NCBI GenBank assembly: GCA_963779755.1
Contig: CAVZZO010000003.1
Span: forward strand, 672,001-736,000
Direction: 5' to 3'
DNA: 64,000 nt
Source: an uncultured Gemmatimonadales bacterium
Lineage (GTDB): Bacteria; Gemmatimonadota; Gemmatimonadetes; Gemmatimonadales; GWC2-71-9
How positions within the stretch are numbered: the first letter of the stretch is position 1; every line of letters begins with the position of its first letter. This document shows positions 40,318-49,839 of the stretch, in pieces. The translations under genes were made by a program, and so were the position numbers. A model generated the notes under the pieces. It did no database searches. It worked only from the letters and a program-made list of their open reading frames with translations, and was not told the DNA's origin.

Positions 40318-41580
40318 CTACCATCCCCACCAGAGCCCCAGGCCGCTGGCGGCGATCAGCGCGATCAGGCCCACGGACGCTACCCGGCGGAATGTCGGGG
40401 CCCCGAAGACCAGGGTCAGAATCAGTTTGAGCACACCGTTCGCCAGCACGGCAACCGCGATGGCGCGAGCGGCCAGAGCCAGCATGTTGGGTACGGCCGC
40501 CAGCCGGATCATCGACAGGGTCAGCGCGTCCGTGTCGGTAAGGCCAAGCAGGGCGGCGGACGTCAGCACCCCGGAGGAACCGAAGTGCAGGCGGACCCAG
40601 GCGACGGCGATGAGCACCAGCTGGAACGCCAGCGCCATCCGGATGGCCGACCAGAACTGCAGCGGGTTGTCCAGCTCGGCGTCCTCCTGCCGGTCGCCGC
40701 CCGGCGCGCGGCGCAGCGCGAGGACCACCAGGAGCGATCCCAGCAGGAGCGGGGGCAGGAGGAACGGGATCAGGGCCGCGGCCAGCCGGGCATGGAGCAG
40801 CAGGGTCACCACCCCGATCCGGGGCAGCAGCATGGTGGAAGCCGCCAGCACCCCGAGTCCCAGGGCCGGCGCCAGGCCGGCCTGCTGGCGGCTCTGCCGG
40901 CTGAAGCTGAAGGTCACCGCGGTGGAGGAGATGAGTCCTCCCAGCAGCCCGGTGAGCCCGTACCCGCGGCCGGGACCAACCGCCCGTCGCGCCAGGTATC
41001 CGGCGAAGTTGATGCCGGTGAACAGCAGCACCACGGTCCAGAGGGCGCGGGGCCGGATGGTCCCGAAGGGGCCGAAGGGGCCGCTCGGCAGGAGGGGAAG
41101 AATGACCAGTGCCAGCACGGCGAACTGGAAGGCTGCCCGCAGTTCCATTTCGTCGATGCGCTGCAGCAGCCGGCCGACCAGGTCCTTTTCGGAGAGAGCG
41201 AAGACCATCACCGCCGCTGCGCCCCCGGCCACGCCCAGGTGTCCGAGCCCGGCCGTCGCCGCCAGGGCGATCACCGCCAGGGCCGCGGCCTCGGTAGTGC
41301 CGTCCACCCCCGCGCCGGAGCGGACCGCGACGGCATAGGCCGCGATGGCGAGGGCGGCGCCGCTCGCCAGGAGCACCGCCGCGGCTGCGGTCCAGCCCAG
41401 CGAGAGCAGCCAGCCGGCCACTCCGCCTTGCAGACCCAGAATGAAAAAAGTTCGAACGCCGGCGAAGCGGGCTAGCGGGCCGCTGGCGTGTCCCGAGCGT
41501 TCGCGCTCGACCCCGACGGCGAGCCCCACCAGTCCGGCGACCGCCAAGCGGCCGGCGGCCTCCAGCTCGATCGAGGCCAT
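40318..41580 (-). CDS. MgtC/SapB family membrane protein with DUF4010 domain
   Basis: GLAVGVERE, AGVRTF, GTTE, GGLISSTAVT, GLTDTDA. Confidence 0.88.
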   Translation of the reverse strand: MASIELEAAGRLAVAGLVGLAVGVERERSGHASGPLARFAGVRTFFILGLQGGVAGWLLSLGWTAAAAVLLASGAALAIAAYAVAVRSGAGVDGTTEAAALAVIALAATAGLGHLGVAGGAAAVMVFALSEKDLVGRLLQRIDEMELRAAFQFAVLALVILPLLPSGPFGPFGTIRPRALWTVVLLFTGINFAGYLARRAVGPGRGYGLTGLLGGLISSTAVTFSFSRQSRQQAGLAPALGLGVLAASTMLLPRIGVVTLLLHARLAAALIPFLLPPLLLGSLLVVLALRRAPGGDRQEDAELDNPLQFWSAIRMALAFQLVLIAVAWVRLHFGSSGVLTSAALLGLTDTDALTLSMIRLAAVPNMLALAARAIAVAVLANGVLKLILTLVFGAPTFRRVASVGLIALIAASGLGLWWGW

Positions 41581-41634
41581 GATCTCGCTCCCGGGGAGCG
41601 CCGGCCGGGGATGCCGGCGCTCCCTCTTGCGGGG

Positions 41635-42093
41635 TCAGTCCCCCGGCTTGGCGCCGGCACTGTCCGGTGGCGCCTGCTTCATCATGGGGCATTCCCCCAT
41701 GCCCTTCCCCCCGTCACCCATGCCCATCCCGCCGTGCATCCCCTGACCCTGCATGCCTCCCATCCCCATCCCGCCATTGCCCCCCATCCCACCCTGCCTG
41801 TGCTGCATCATCATGGCGCGCATGGCGGCCCGCTGGCTCACCAGCTCGTTGATGACCGCCGCCATGGCTTCCACCTTCTGGTTCCCGCGGGCCGCGTTCA
41901 TGGCCGCCATCTTCCCCGCCAGCACCCGATCCAGCGAGTCATGCCGCGCCATCATGCCCGCCATACCCCCACCCTGGGCCCCCGTGCCGCTCGCGGCGCA
42001 GCAACCGGCCGCCTGCGCCTGCGCCTGTCCAGCCGTTGCCGAAGCCACCAGCAGCGCCGCGGCCAGCAGCAGCCCCCGCCATTCGATTCGCAT
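41635..42093 (-). CDS. Met/Gly-rich secreted protein
   Basis: Signal peptide, 152 aa, 21 Met, CC pair. Confidence 0.75.
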   Translation of the reverse strand: MRIEWRGLLLAAALLVASATAGQAQAQAAGCCAASGTGAQGGGMAGMMARHDSLDRVLAGKMAAMNAARGNQKVEAMAAVINELVSQRAAMRAMMMQHRQGGMGGNGGMGMGGMQGQGMHGGMGMGDGGKGMGECPMMKQAPPDSAGAKPGD

Positions 42094-42112
42094 CGTGTTC
42101 CTCACCGTTGGT

Positions 42113-43153
42113 TCAGGTTGCCTGAAAAGCCAGCACGTCTTCCACCGGACGGCGGGGCGTGCCTCGCGCCTGGACTGGCGGATACCCCAGCCGCAGCACC
42201 ATCTGCGGAAAGCCACTATGTCCCAGGAGCTGCATCAGGCGCTGCCGCAGCCCGGGAACTTCCACCGGCTGGTTCAGGAAGGACGCAGCGACGCCTTCTG
42301 CCTCGGCCCGCAGCAGCACCAGCGACAGGGCGCGGCCGGTCTCCAGCCAACTCCGAGGGTCGTCGGCCGCGGTGCCCAGCACCAGCAACAGCGGGGAGTG
42401 CAGCGCGAGTTCACGGCTCTGTGCCGCGCGGCCGTCGCCCAGATCGAACGTGCGCACCACCAGCGGCGCCGCGAACGAGGCCAGGGTACCCAGGCCGACG
42501 GCGTAGCCCGGCATGCCGTCCCGGCTGCGGGTGCGGTTGGGATGCAGCCACGCCGCCAGTTCGCGGCGGAAGGCCGGGTTATCCATCTGCAGGTGATCGC
42601 CTTCCGTCACCAGGTCCGCCAGCGCCAGCCGGGCCGATTCCCGGTGCACTACATCCAGCCAGGCGCCCCGGCCGGCCGCCAGTCCGGACAGCTCCTGAAC
42701 CAGCCGCTCCGGCACCGAGCGATGCTCAAAGCTGAACCGCGCGGTATGGCGCGTCTGCATTGCGGCAAAGAGCCGGTGATCCTCCTCGTCGGGCTGCCGG
42801 AGGGAGCCCAGTTCGAAGCTGGCCACCAGATCGGGCCATGCACGATCCGGCAGGAGGGACACCTGCCCGGCGTAGCTGAAGTGGCGCGCGGCCACCTCGA
42901 GATGATGCAGCGCGCAGCCGCAGCTGATCAGCAACTCGCGGTCCTCGGGGTCGGTCACCGGCAACGCCCGGGTCCGGTCCGCGTAGAGGTCCAGCCGGTG
43001 GTTGAGAATGCGGAACAGCCAGGGTTGGCTGTTATGGCTGGAGGGCGCCAGCACCGCGGATCGCACCAGGGCCCGCAATTGCTCGGCCGGCGTGCCGGCC
43101 AGGGGAAACTCGCCAAGGGCGATGGTCCAGGGCTCAAGCATTTTCTCGGCCAT
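42113..43153 (-). CDS. Acg family FMN-binding nitroreductase-like protein
   Basis: LAPSSHNSQPW, DPEDRELLISCGCAL, RHTAR, PQMVLRLGY, TPRRP. Confidence 0.9.
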   Translation of the reverse strand: MAEKMLEPWTIALGEFPLAGTPAEQLRALVRSAVLAPSSHNSQPWLFRILNHRLDLYADRTRALPVTDPEDRELLISCGCALHHLEVAARHFSYAGQVSLLPDRAWPDLVASFELGSLRQPDEEDHRLFAAMQTRHTARFSFEHRSVPERLVQELSGLAAGRGAWLDVVHRESARLALADLVTEGDHLQMDNPAFRRELAAWLHPNRTRSRDGMPGYAVGLGTLASFAAPLVVRTFDLGDGRAAQSRELALHSPLLLVLGTAADDPRSWLETGRALSLVLLRAEAEGVAASFLNQPVEVPGLRQRLMQLLGHSGFPQMVLRLGYPPVQARGTPRRPVEDVLAFQAT

Positions 43154-43257
43154 AGAAACCTCCAACCCGCGAACGGCCCGTGCGGGGCTCAGGTTCGCAC
43201 CACGTTACCCGACGGGGATTGAGCCGAGTGTGAGCGGACTGTGAAGATCCGCTCAGT

Positions 43258-44118
43258 TCAGAGCGGAACCGTGAGGACGCAGCAGGGAGCGGTATGGACC
43301 AGGCGGCGCGCGACGCTGGTGCCGTCCAGCACGCCGGGAGGACCGCCGCGGTGATAGCCGATCACCAGCACATCCGCGTGGCTCTCCGACAACTCGGAGG
43401 CGATCTCGACCACCGGGTCGCCCCGGCGCACGTGCAGGCTGGTGAGCGGGTGTTCCGCGATCCCTACCGCGGCGCTATCCTGGTCCGGCGCCTGCCCGCG
43501 CTGCAGCAACTGGTGCAGCCGCACGGTGCGGCCGCTCGGGACCTGCCCGCCCGTGGCCGACGACTCGCCCGCCGACCGGGGCTCCACCGTAACCAGCCGG
43601 ACGTTGCGGCGCAGCATCCGCGCCAGCTCCGCGGCCCGGCGGTACACCTGGAATCCCCGGTCGGTACCGTCCAGCGCCGCGACCAGATACTCGATGGACT
43701 CGCAGTCGAGGGGCACGAAGAGACAGGGAATCCGGCTGCGCCGCGCGGCGGAGTCGGCGGTATCCCCCAGGAAGAACCGGGCCCGCTGGCTCCGCCGCTT
43801 CCGGCCCAGGATCAGCAGGTCGGCGCCGATTTCATCGGCGCACCGGGGGATTTCCACGTGTGGAAGGCCGCTGCGCACGACATATTCCACGGGGATGCCC
43901 GGCGCCTGTGCGGCAATGGCAGCGCCGAGCCACTGTTCCAGGGCGCGCCGGGCCTCCAGGAGCTCGCCCTCACTGGCGACCGGCCCCTCGAGCCCCGCTA
44001 CGACCCGGAGCACGACCAACTCGGCGCCAATCCGCGAAGCCAGCTGGGCTGCGATGCTCGCGGCATGGCGGCCCTCGTCGGATCGGTCGGCGGCGATTAG
44101 GATGGTATGTAAGGACAT
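43258..44118 (-). CDS. Universal stress protein (tandem USP domains)
   Basis: ILIAADRS, ADLLILG...FLGDTAD, ADVLVIG...SVARRLVHTAPCCVLTVP. Confidence 0.88.
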   Translation of the reverse strand: MSLHTILIAADRSDEGRHAASIAAQLASRIGAELVVLRVVAGLEGPVASEGELLEARRALEQWLGAAIAAQAPGIPVEYVVRSGLPHVEIPRCADEIGADLLILGRKRRSQRARFFLGDTADSAARRSRIPCLFVPLDCESIEYLVAALDGTDRGFQVYRRAAELARMLRRNVRLVTVEPRSAGESSATGGQVPSGRTVRLHQLLQRGQAPDQDSAAVGIAEHPLTSLHVRRGDPVVEIASELSESHADVLVIGYHRGGPPGVLDGTSVARRLVHTAPCCVLTVPL

Positions 44119-44226
44119 CCGCCTACATTCCTGGGGAAGAACACGGGGAAATCTTAGGTCCCGTGTTCTGAGCAAATCGTGAAGGCATCAGGAAGCCCCC
44201 TTCTTGCACCTGACTCGACCAGACCG

Positions 44227-45453
44227 ATGACGACCTCCGAGCCACCCTTCCCTGTCCCTCAGGAACGTCTCGAGCGGCTCCTCGACGTCAGCCGGTCGCT
44301 GACGGCGGAGATGTCGCTGGAAGGGGTGCTGCAGCACATTGTCGATGCCGCCCTCAGCGTGATCGGGGCGCGTTATGCCGCGCTGGGCGTGCTTACGCCT
44401 GACGGAAACAGCCTGGAGAATTTCGTGACCGCGGGCATCAGCCCGGAGGTCCGCCTCAAGATCGGCGCCCTTCCACGGGGCAAGGGCATCCTGGGCCTGC
44501 TCATCCGGGAACCCCGCGTCCTCCGGCTGAAGGACCTGGGCGAGCATCCCGCCTCTGCCGGGTTCCCGCCCAATCATCCGCACATGCAGGCCTTTCTCGG
44601 CGTTCCCATCCAGGGCCGCCGGGGGACGTTCGGCAATCTCTACCTGACCGAGAAGGTGGGCGCGCCGGAGTTCTCGGACGAGGATGCCCACCTGGCCCTC
44701 CTGTTCGCCCACCAGGCGGCGGCCGCGGTGGACAACGCCCGGCTCCATGAGGAGAGCGCCCGGCTGCTGGAGGAGGTGCAGCTGCTGCACCGTTCGCGGG
44801 AGCGCTTCTTCGCCATGGTAAACCACGAGCTGCGGAATGCGCTGGCCGCGACCTATGGCTGGGCCGAGATGCTGGTGCGCCGCAAGGACCCGGAAACGGT
44901 GCCGGTGGCGGCGTATGAGGTGCTGGATTCGGCGGGTCAGGCGGTGTCGCTCATCAACGACCTGCTGGACTTGAGCCGTCTGGATGAAGACCGGCTCAAG
45001 CCGGTCCTGCGGGAGGTCGATTGTACCGCGGTGATCAACCGGGCGGTGAGCCGCGCCACGCCGGGGGCCCAGGCCAAGAACGTCCGGATCGAAACCATCT
45101 TTCCCGCCGGAACCGGCAGCTGCCAGACCGACCAGCACCGCATCGAACAGATCCTGGGGAACGTGCTCAATAATGCGGTGCGGCACGCGCCCCCGGATTC
45201 CCGGGTCCAGATCGCACTGGAGCACGACAACGGCAAGGTCCGCATGGTAATCGACGACGAAGGGCCGGGGGTGAAGCTGGACGAGGTCGAACAGATCTTC
45301 GACATTTACGTTACCCGGCCGGGCGAGGAGGGCCACGGGACCGGGCTGGGCCTGCCCCTGTCCCGCCGGCTGGCCCGGCTGCTGGGGGGCGACCTGCGGG
45401 CGGTGGCCCGGCCCGGGGAGGGCGGCCGTTTCATTCTGGAGTTACCGGGGTAG
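44227..45453 (+). CDS. Cytoplasmic GAF-domain sensor histidine kinase (DosS-like GAF + HisKA + HATPase)
   Basis: GAF GFPPNHPHMQAFLGVP, H-box NHELRN, N-box NVLNNAVRH, DEGPG, GTGLGL; no TM segment. Confidence 0.92.
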   Translation: MTTSEPPFPVPQERLERLLDVSRSLTAEMSLEGVLQHIVDAALSVIGARYAALGVLTPDGNSLENFVTAGISPEVRLKIGALPRGKGILGLLIREPRVLRLKDLGEHPASAGFPPNHPHMQAFLGVPIQGRRGTFGNLYLTEKVGAPEFSDEDAHLALLFAHQAAAAVDNARLHEESARLLEEVQLLHRSRERFFAMVNHELRNALAATYGWAEMLVRRKDPETVPVAAYEVLDSAGQAVSLINDLLDLSRLDEDRLKPVLREVDCTAVINRAVSRATPGAQAKNVRIETIFPAGTGSCQTDQHRIEQILGNVLNNAVRHAPPDSRVQIALEHDNGKVRMVIDDEGPGVKLDEVEQIFDIYVTRPGEEGHGTGLGLPLSRRLARLLGGDLRAVARPGEGGRFILELPG

Positions 45454-45521
45454 CTCCGGCCTGAAGGAATCTTCATGAAAGGTTCCTCCCCGATTCACCG
45501 CGCTTTCCTAGGTTGACGATC

Positions 45522-46253
45522 ATGAAGATTCTCGTCGTGGAGGACGACCGGAAGGTCGCCGGGTTCATTGAGCAGGGGTTGAAAGAGGAGGGCTACGTGG
45601 TCGATGTCGCCCCCGACGGCGATGAGGCGACCATGCTGGCCCACGTCTACGACTACGATGTCATCCTGCTCGATGTCGTGCTGCCCAAGAAGAACGGGTT
45701 TCAGGTGGCGGCGGAGCTGCGGCGGGAAGGCCGCAATACCCCCGTCCTGATGCTCACCTCGCGAGACAGCACCGAAGACGTGGTGCGGGGGCTGGATGCG
45801 GGGGCCGACGATTACCTGGCCAAGCCGTTCAAGTTCGACGAGCTGCTGGCGCGCATCCGCGCCCTGCACCGTCGCGGCGGCGCGGCGCGGGTGGAGGTGC
45901 TGCAGTTCGGGCCCATTGCCATGGACCGCCTGCGGCATATCTGCACCGTGAACGGCCAGCAACTCGACCTGACCCCCAAGGAATTCCAGTTGATGGAGTT
46001 CTTCCTGCTCCATCCGGAGCAGGTGGTCCGCCGGACGACCTTGCTGGAGAAGGTCTGGGACATGCACTTCGATCCCGAAAGCAACGTGGTGGATGTGCAT
46101 GTCGGAAATCTGCGCCGCAAGCTGGCCCAGCTGGCCGGCCGGAATCTGATAGTGACGGTGCGTGGTGTCGGCTTCTCGCTGCGCATCGGCGCGCAATCGG
46201 GCAACGGCAGGGACGCCGCCGCAGAGGAGAGAGCGGCCGCCGCACGCAAGTGA
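45522..46253 (+). CDS. OmpR/PhoB family response regulator (CusR-like)
   Basis: ILVVEDD, LLDVVLP, GADDYLAKPF, LTPKEF, SNVVDVHV, TVRGVGF. Confidence 0.95.
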   Translation: MKILVVEDDRKVAGFIEQGLKEEGYVVDVAPDGDEATMLAHVYDYDVILLDVVLPKKNGFQVAAELRREGRNTPVLMLTSRDSTEDVVRGLDAGADDYLAKPFKFDELLARIRALHRRGGAARVEVLQFGPIAMDRLRHICTVNGQQLDLTPKEFQLMEFFLLHPEQVVRRTTLLEKVWDMHFDPESNVVDVHVGNLRRKLAQLAGRNLIVTVRGVGFSLRIGAQSGNGRDAAAEERAAAARK

Positions 46254-48082
46254 TCCGCCTGCCGCGCGCGGCGCTCTGGCCCGCCGCGGCAATCCTCTTC
46301 CTGGCCGTGGGCGCTTCCGCCTACGGCCTGTTTGCTGCCCCCGCCGCCGCGCAGCGCATCTGGCTTGCCGGGCTCATCCTGACCGGGGCCCCCGTGGTAT
46401 GGCGCACCGCCCGGGGCGTGCTGGCCGGCCGGTGGGCGGCCGACCTGGTGGCCGCCCTCGCGATCGTCGCCGCGGCCGCCATCAATCATCCCTTCCCCGG
46501 GCTGATCATCGTCCTGATGCAGACCGGCGGCGAGGCCCTGGAACGCTTTGCCGAGGGCCGCGCCTCCCGCGCCGTGCGGGAGCTGGAATCCATGGCTCCC
46601 CGTACCGCCCACCGGATGGACAGCGGCGGGGTTACCGATGTGGCGGTCGAGACGGTACAGGCCGGCGACCGGCTGCTGCTCCGGCCCGGCGAGATGATCC
46701 CCTGCGACGGCGTGGTGGTGGACGGCCGTTCCCATGTCGATGTCAGCCGCATCACCGGCGAACCGGTGCCGCTCACGGCCGTGCCGGGCGTCCGGCTGCT
46801 GAGCGGCAGCCTCAACCAGGAAGGCGCGCTCACCTTTCAGGCCACCGCCCGCGCCGGCGAGAGCCAGTACGCCCGGATTGTCGAGCTGGTGCGGACCGCG
46901 CAGGCCAGCAAGTCGCCCTTCCAGCGCATGGCGGACCGTTACGCGGTGTGGTTCACGCCGTTCACCCTGCTGGTCTGTGGCGTCGCCTACGCGCTCTCGG
47001 GCGACTGGACCCGGGTGCTGGCGGTGCTGGTGGTGGCCACGCCGTGTCCCCTGATTCTGGCGGCGCCGGTGGCCGTGATCGGGGGCATCAACCGCGCGGC
47101 CCGGCAGATGATAGTCTTTCGCACCGGCGGCGCGCTGGAGCAGCTGGGCCGGGTAACCCTGGCGGTCTTTGACAAGACCGGCACCCTGACGGTCGGCCAT
47201 CCCAGCGTCGCCAGCATCGAGCCGGCCAACGGGTTCGCCCGGGACGAGGTCCTGCGCTACGCCGCGGCCCTGGAACAGCAGTCTTCGCACGTGCTGGCCA
47301 CCCCGGTGGTCCGGGCGGCCGTGGGGATGGGCCCTCTGCCGCCGGTCCGCGAGGTACGCGAGTCTCCCGGCGAAGGCATCAGCGGCGAGGTCGAAGGCCG
47401 CCCGGTACGGGTCGGCGGCTGGGCCTTCCTGGAGCATCACGACCCGGCGGCCACCCATGCCCTGGCGGGAATGAAGGACGGGGACGGGCTCCGGGCCTAC
47501 GTCGCGATCGGCGGGCGGGCGGCCGGGGTGATCACCTACGCCGACGCCCTGCGACCGGGTCTCCCCGGGTTCTTCGCCGAGCTCCACCGGCTGGGAGTGC
47601 GCCGGACCATCCTCCTCTCGGGCGACCGGCAGGAGAACGCCGACGCCGTGGCGCGCAGCCTCGGGCTGGATGAGGCGCGGGGCAACCTGCTGCCGGCGGA
47701 AAAGGCACAGCTGGTGGGCGACCTGCAGGCAGCCGGTGACCGGGTGGTGATGCTGGGAGACGGCACCAACGACGCTCCCGCGCTCAGCACGGCCCGGGTA
47801 GGGGTGGCGCTGGCCTCCGGCGGCGGCGGCATCACCGCCGAAGCCGCCGATGTGGTCATCCTGGCGGACGATCCCACCCGCCTCGCGGCGGCGATCGCCA
47901 TCAGCCGCCGCACCCTGGGGATTGCCAGGCAGAGCCTCTGGGCCGGCATGGGACTCAGCATGGTGGCGATGCTGTTCGCCGGCGCCGGTCACATTCCGCC
48001 CACCGCGGGCGCCCTGCTGCAGGAGGCCATCGACGTGGCGGTGATCGTCAATGCGTTGCGGGCGGCGGGGTCGGGCCGGTAG
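46250..48082 (+). CDS. Heavy-metal P-type ATPase, P1B-5 subtype
   Basis: TGE, TPCP, DKTGT, GDGTND, QSLWAGMGLSMVAM (Qx4Gx3Sx3M), PPTAGALLQEAID. Confidence 0.9.
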   Translation: MIRLPRAALWPAAAILFLAVGASAYGLFAAPAAAQRIWLAGLILTGAPVVWRTARGVLAGRWAADLVAALAIVAAAAINHPFPGLIIVLMQTGGEALERFAEGRASRAVRELESMAPRTAHRMDSGGVTDVAVETVQAGDRLLLRPGEMIPCDGVVVDGRSHVDVSRITGEPVPLTAVPGVRLLSGSLNQEGALTFQATARAGESQYARIVELVRTAQASKSPFQRMADRYAVWFTPFTLLVCGVAYALSGDWTRVLAVLVVATPCPLILAAPVAVIGGINRAARQMIVFRTGGALEQLGRVTLAVFDKTGTLTVGHPSVASIEPANGFARDEVLRYAAALEQQSSHVLATPVVRAAVGMGPLPPVREVRESPGEGISGEVEGRPVRVGGWAFLEHHDPAATHALAGMKDGDGLRAYVAIGGRAAGVITYADALRPGLPGFFAELHRLGVRRTILLSGDRQENADAVARSLGLDEARGNLLPAEKAQLVGDLQAAGDRVVMLGDGTNDAPALSTARVGVALASGGGGITAEAADVVILADDPTRLAAAIAISRRTLGIARQSLWAGMGLSMVAMLFAGAGHIPPTAGALLQEAIDVAVIVNALRAAGSGR

Positions 48083-48223
48083 CAACGTCTACCCATGCGT
48101 CCCTCGGCGGGCGCGGCGATCATCGCGGCTATTGCCTGCTCCGGCCCGCGGTGGGAGATTTGCCCGCTGATACGCTGCGGAAGCCCCGGTTCACACCTTT
48201 ACTCCTTCATTCCTGAGTCTTCC

Positions 48224-48715
48224 ATGAATCTCTCCCCCGCGCATCTCCACATCATGATTAACCACCTGCCCATCATCGGGATGCCCATCGTGGTACTGAT
48301 CCTGCTGATCGGGCTGCTGCGCCAGTCGGCCGAGGTCACGAAGCTGGCGCTGGGGCTCACGGTGCTGCTCGCTCTGGGAACGATTCCCGTCTATCTGACG
48401 GGCGACCCGGCACACGAGCAGGTGGAAAATGAAGCCTGGTATCCCCGGCAGATCGTGGAGGAGCACGAAGAGAAGGCGGAAACGGCCTTCATCGCCGTCC
48501 TGGTCACCGGCGGTATCGCGGTGGTGGCGTTGTGGCTCATGTGGCGCAGCGCGCGGCTCCGGAACGGCGCCGCGCTGCTGGTCCTGGTGGCGCTCTTGGC
48601 CAGCTGCGTGCTGCTGGCCCTGGCCGCGCTGGAGGGCGGCGAGATCCGGCATACGGAGGTGAGGCCGGGAGCGGAGGCGCCGCAGGGATTGCCGCCGGCG
48701 GAACCGGCAAGCTGA
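48224..48715 (+). CDS. Four-TM membrane protein with several His (DUF2231-like)
   Basis: HLHIMINHLP, EEHEE, GGEIRH; four hydrophobic segments. Confidence 0.7.
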   Translation: MNLSPAHLHIMINHLPIIGMPIVVLILLIGLLRQSAEVTKLALGLTVLLALGTIPVYLTGDPAHEQVENEAWYPRQIVEEHEEKAETAFIAVLVTGGIAVVALWLMWRSARLRNGAALLVLVALLASCVLLALAALEGGEIRHTEVRPGAEAPQGLPPAEPAS

Positions 48716-48777
48716 GGGGTGAAGCGTCAGGGGTGAGGCGTGAGGCGTGCCACGCCTGATCCCTCACCCTTTACCCT
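48714..48777. repeat. Inverted heptamer arms (GAGGSGT)n ... (CACSCCT-like)n between convergent genes
   Basis: gaggggt gaagcgt caggggt gaggcgt gaggcgt / cacgcct gatccct caccctt taccc. Confidence 0.8.
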
Positions 48778-49837
48778 GTTGTGCCCTCCCCACCAGCATC
48801 CCGAACAGCTCCTTCCAGCGCGTGGGCGCGTAGTGGCCTCGGAGCCAGTCCCGTGCGTCGGGCGCGGCGCCCAGCCGGCGCAGGAACGCGCGGTAGCCCG
48901 TTTCGCCCAGGTGGCCGAAGACGAAGCGATTGGCGAAGGACGCGCGCAGCAGGCCGCCACAGCGGGTCTCCCACCACTCCCGGTAACGCGCGGGCTCTCC
49001 CTCCAGCAACGCGCGCGCGGCAAAATGCCCCGTGAGCATTGCCATCCGGAGCCCGAACCCCCAGAGCGCGTCCTGGAATCCGGCGGCCTCGCCCACCACC
49101 AGGCGGCCGTCCTCCCGCCAGCGGGGGGCAGACCGCACATGCCCGGTGCCGCCGAAGCGGCGCGCGCCGTCCAGGCTCACGTCCGTTCGCTCCTGGAAGA
49201 AGCGGACGGTACGATCGAGATAGACGGCGTAGCGGGCGCAGTCCTGGAAGAGGCAGGTGGCCAGCGTGGCCCGGCCGCGGCACACGACCAGATAGGCGTA
49301 CCCCTTGGGCGCCAGGCGGTCGGAGAGCACGCCCAGGACCATATCGGGCAGCGAGGTGGGAAAGAGGTACCCCACTACGATGGCGAATGAGCCCCGCGGC
49401 CCGGTGGCGAGAATGCCGGGCTGATCCGGCGGCATGGCCTCGCCGAAGCGCACCTCGACTCCGGCATCGAGCGCCTGGCGCAGCAGGCCGGCATCGAGCC
49501 GCCCCGGCTCCGCCCCGCGGCGGATCATGTAGAACAGCGGTGACGATGACCGGTAGGCCCATGCCCGTCCGCGCCCGTCATAGATGCAGGCCTCGCGGAA
49601 CGGGGTCACGTCGAAGGCGGCGGTGATCCCGATCCGTTCCAGCTCCTCCAGCGCGTCGTCGCGGGTGGAGTAGTTCTCGATGCCCTGGAAGTCGCCGTGG
49701 AAGCGGGCGGCCAGCCGGGGCCGCCGCTCGTGGATCAGCGCGGGGACGCCCGCGCGGGCGGCGGTCAGGGCCGCCGAGATGCCGGCGGGGCCGGCGCCGC
49801 CGATATGCAGCAGATCGGGCGCCGGCGCCCGCGCCAT
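48764..49837 (-). CDS. NAD(P)/FAD-dependent oxidoreductase (geranylgeranyl-reductase-like)
   Basis: GGAGPAG, GYAY, VGEAAGFQD..WGFG. Confidence 0.8.
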   Translation of the reverse strand: MARAPAPDLLHIGGAGPAGISAALTAARAGVPALIHERRPRLAARFHGDFQGIENYSTRDDALEELERIGITAAFDVTPFREACIYDGRGRAWAYRSSSPLFYMIRRGAEPGRLDAGLLRQALDAGVEVRFGEAMPPDQPGILATGPRGSFAIVVGYLFPTSLPDMVLGVLSDRLAPKGYAYLVVCRGRATLATCLFQDCARYAVYLDRTVRFFQERTDVSLDGARRFGGTGHVRSAPRWREDGRLVVGEAAGFQDALWGFGLRMAMLTGHFAARALLEGEPARYREWWETRCGGLLRASFANRFVFGHLGETGYRAFLRRLGAAPDARDWLRGHYAPTRWKELFGMLVGRAQQGKG

Positions 49838-49839
49838 GG

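Noticed and set aside
40307..41692. 777-aa USP fusion protein as listed in the ORF track
   Set aside because: The upstream part is an alternative frame over the MgtC gene. The USP starts at 40306 after a GGAGG RBS.
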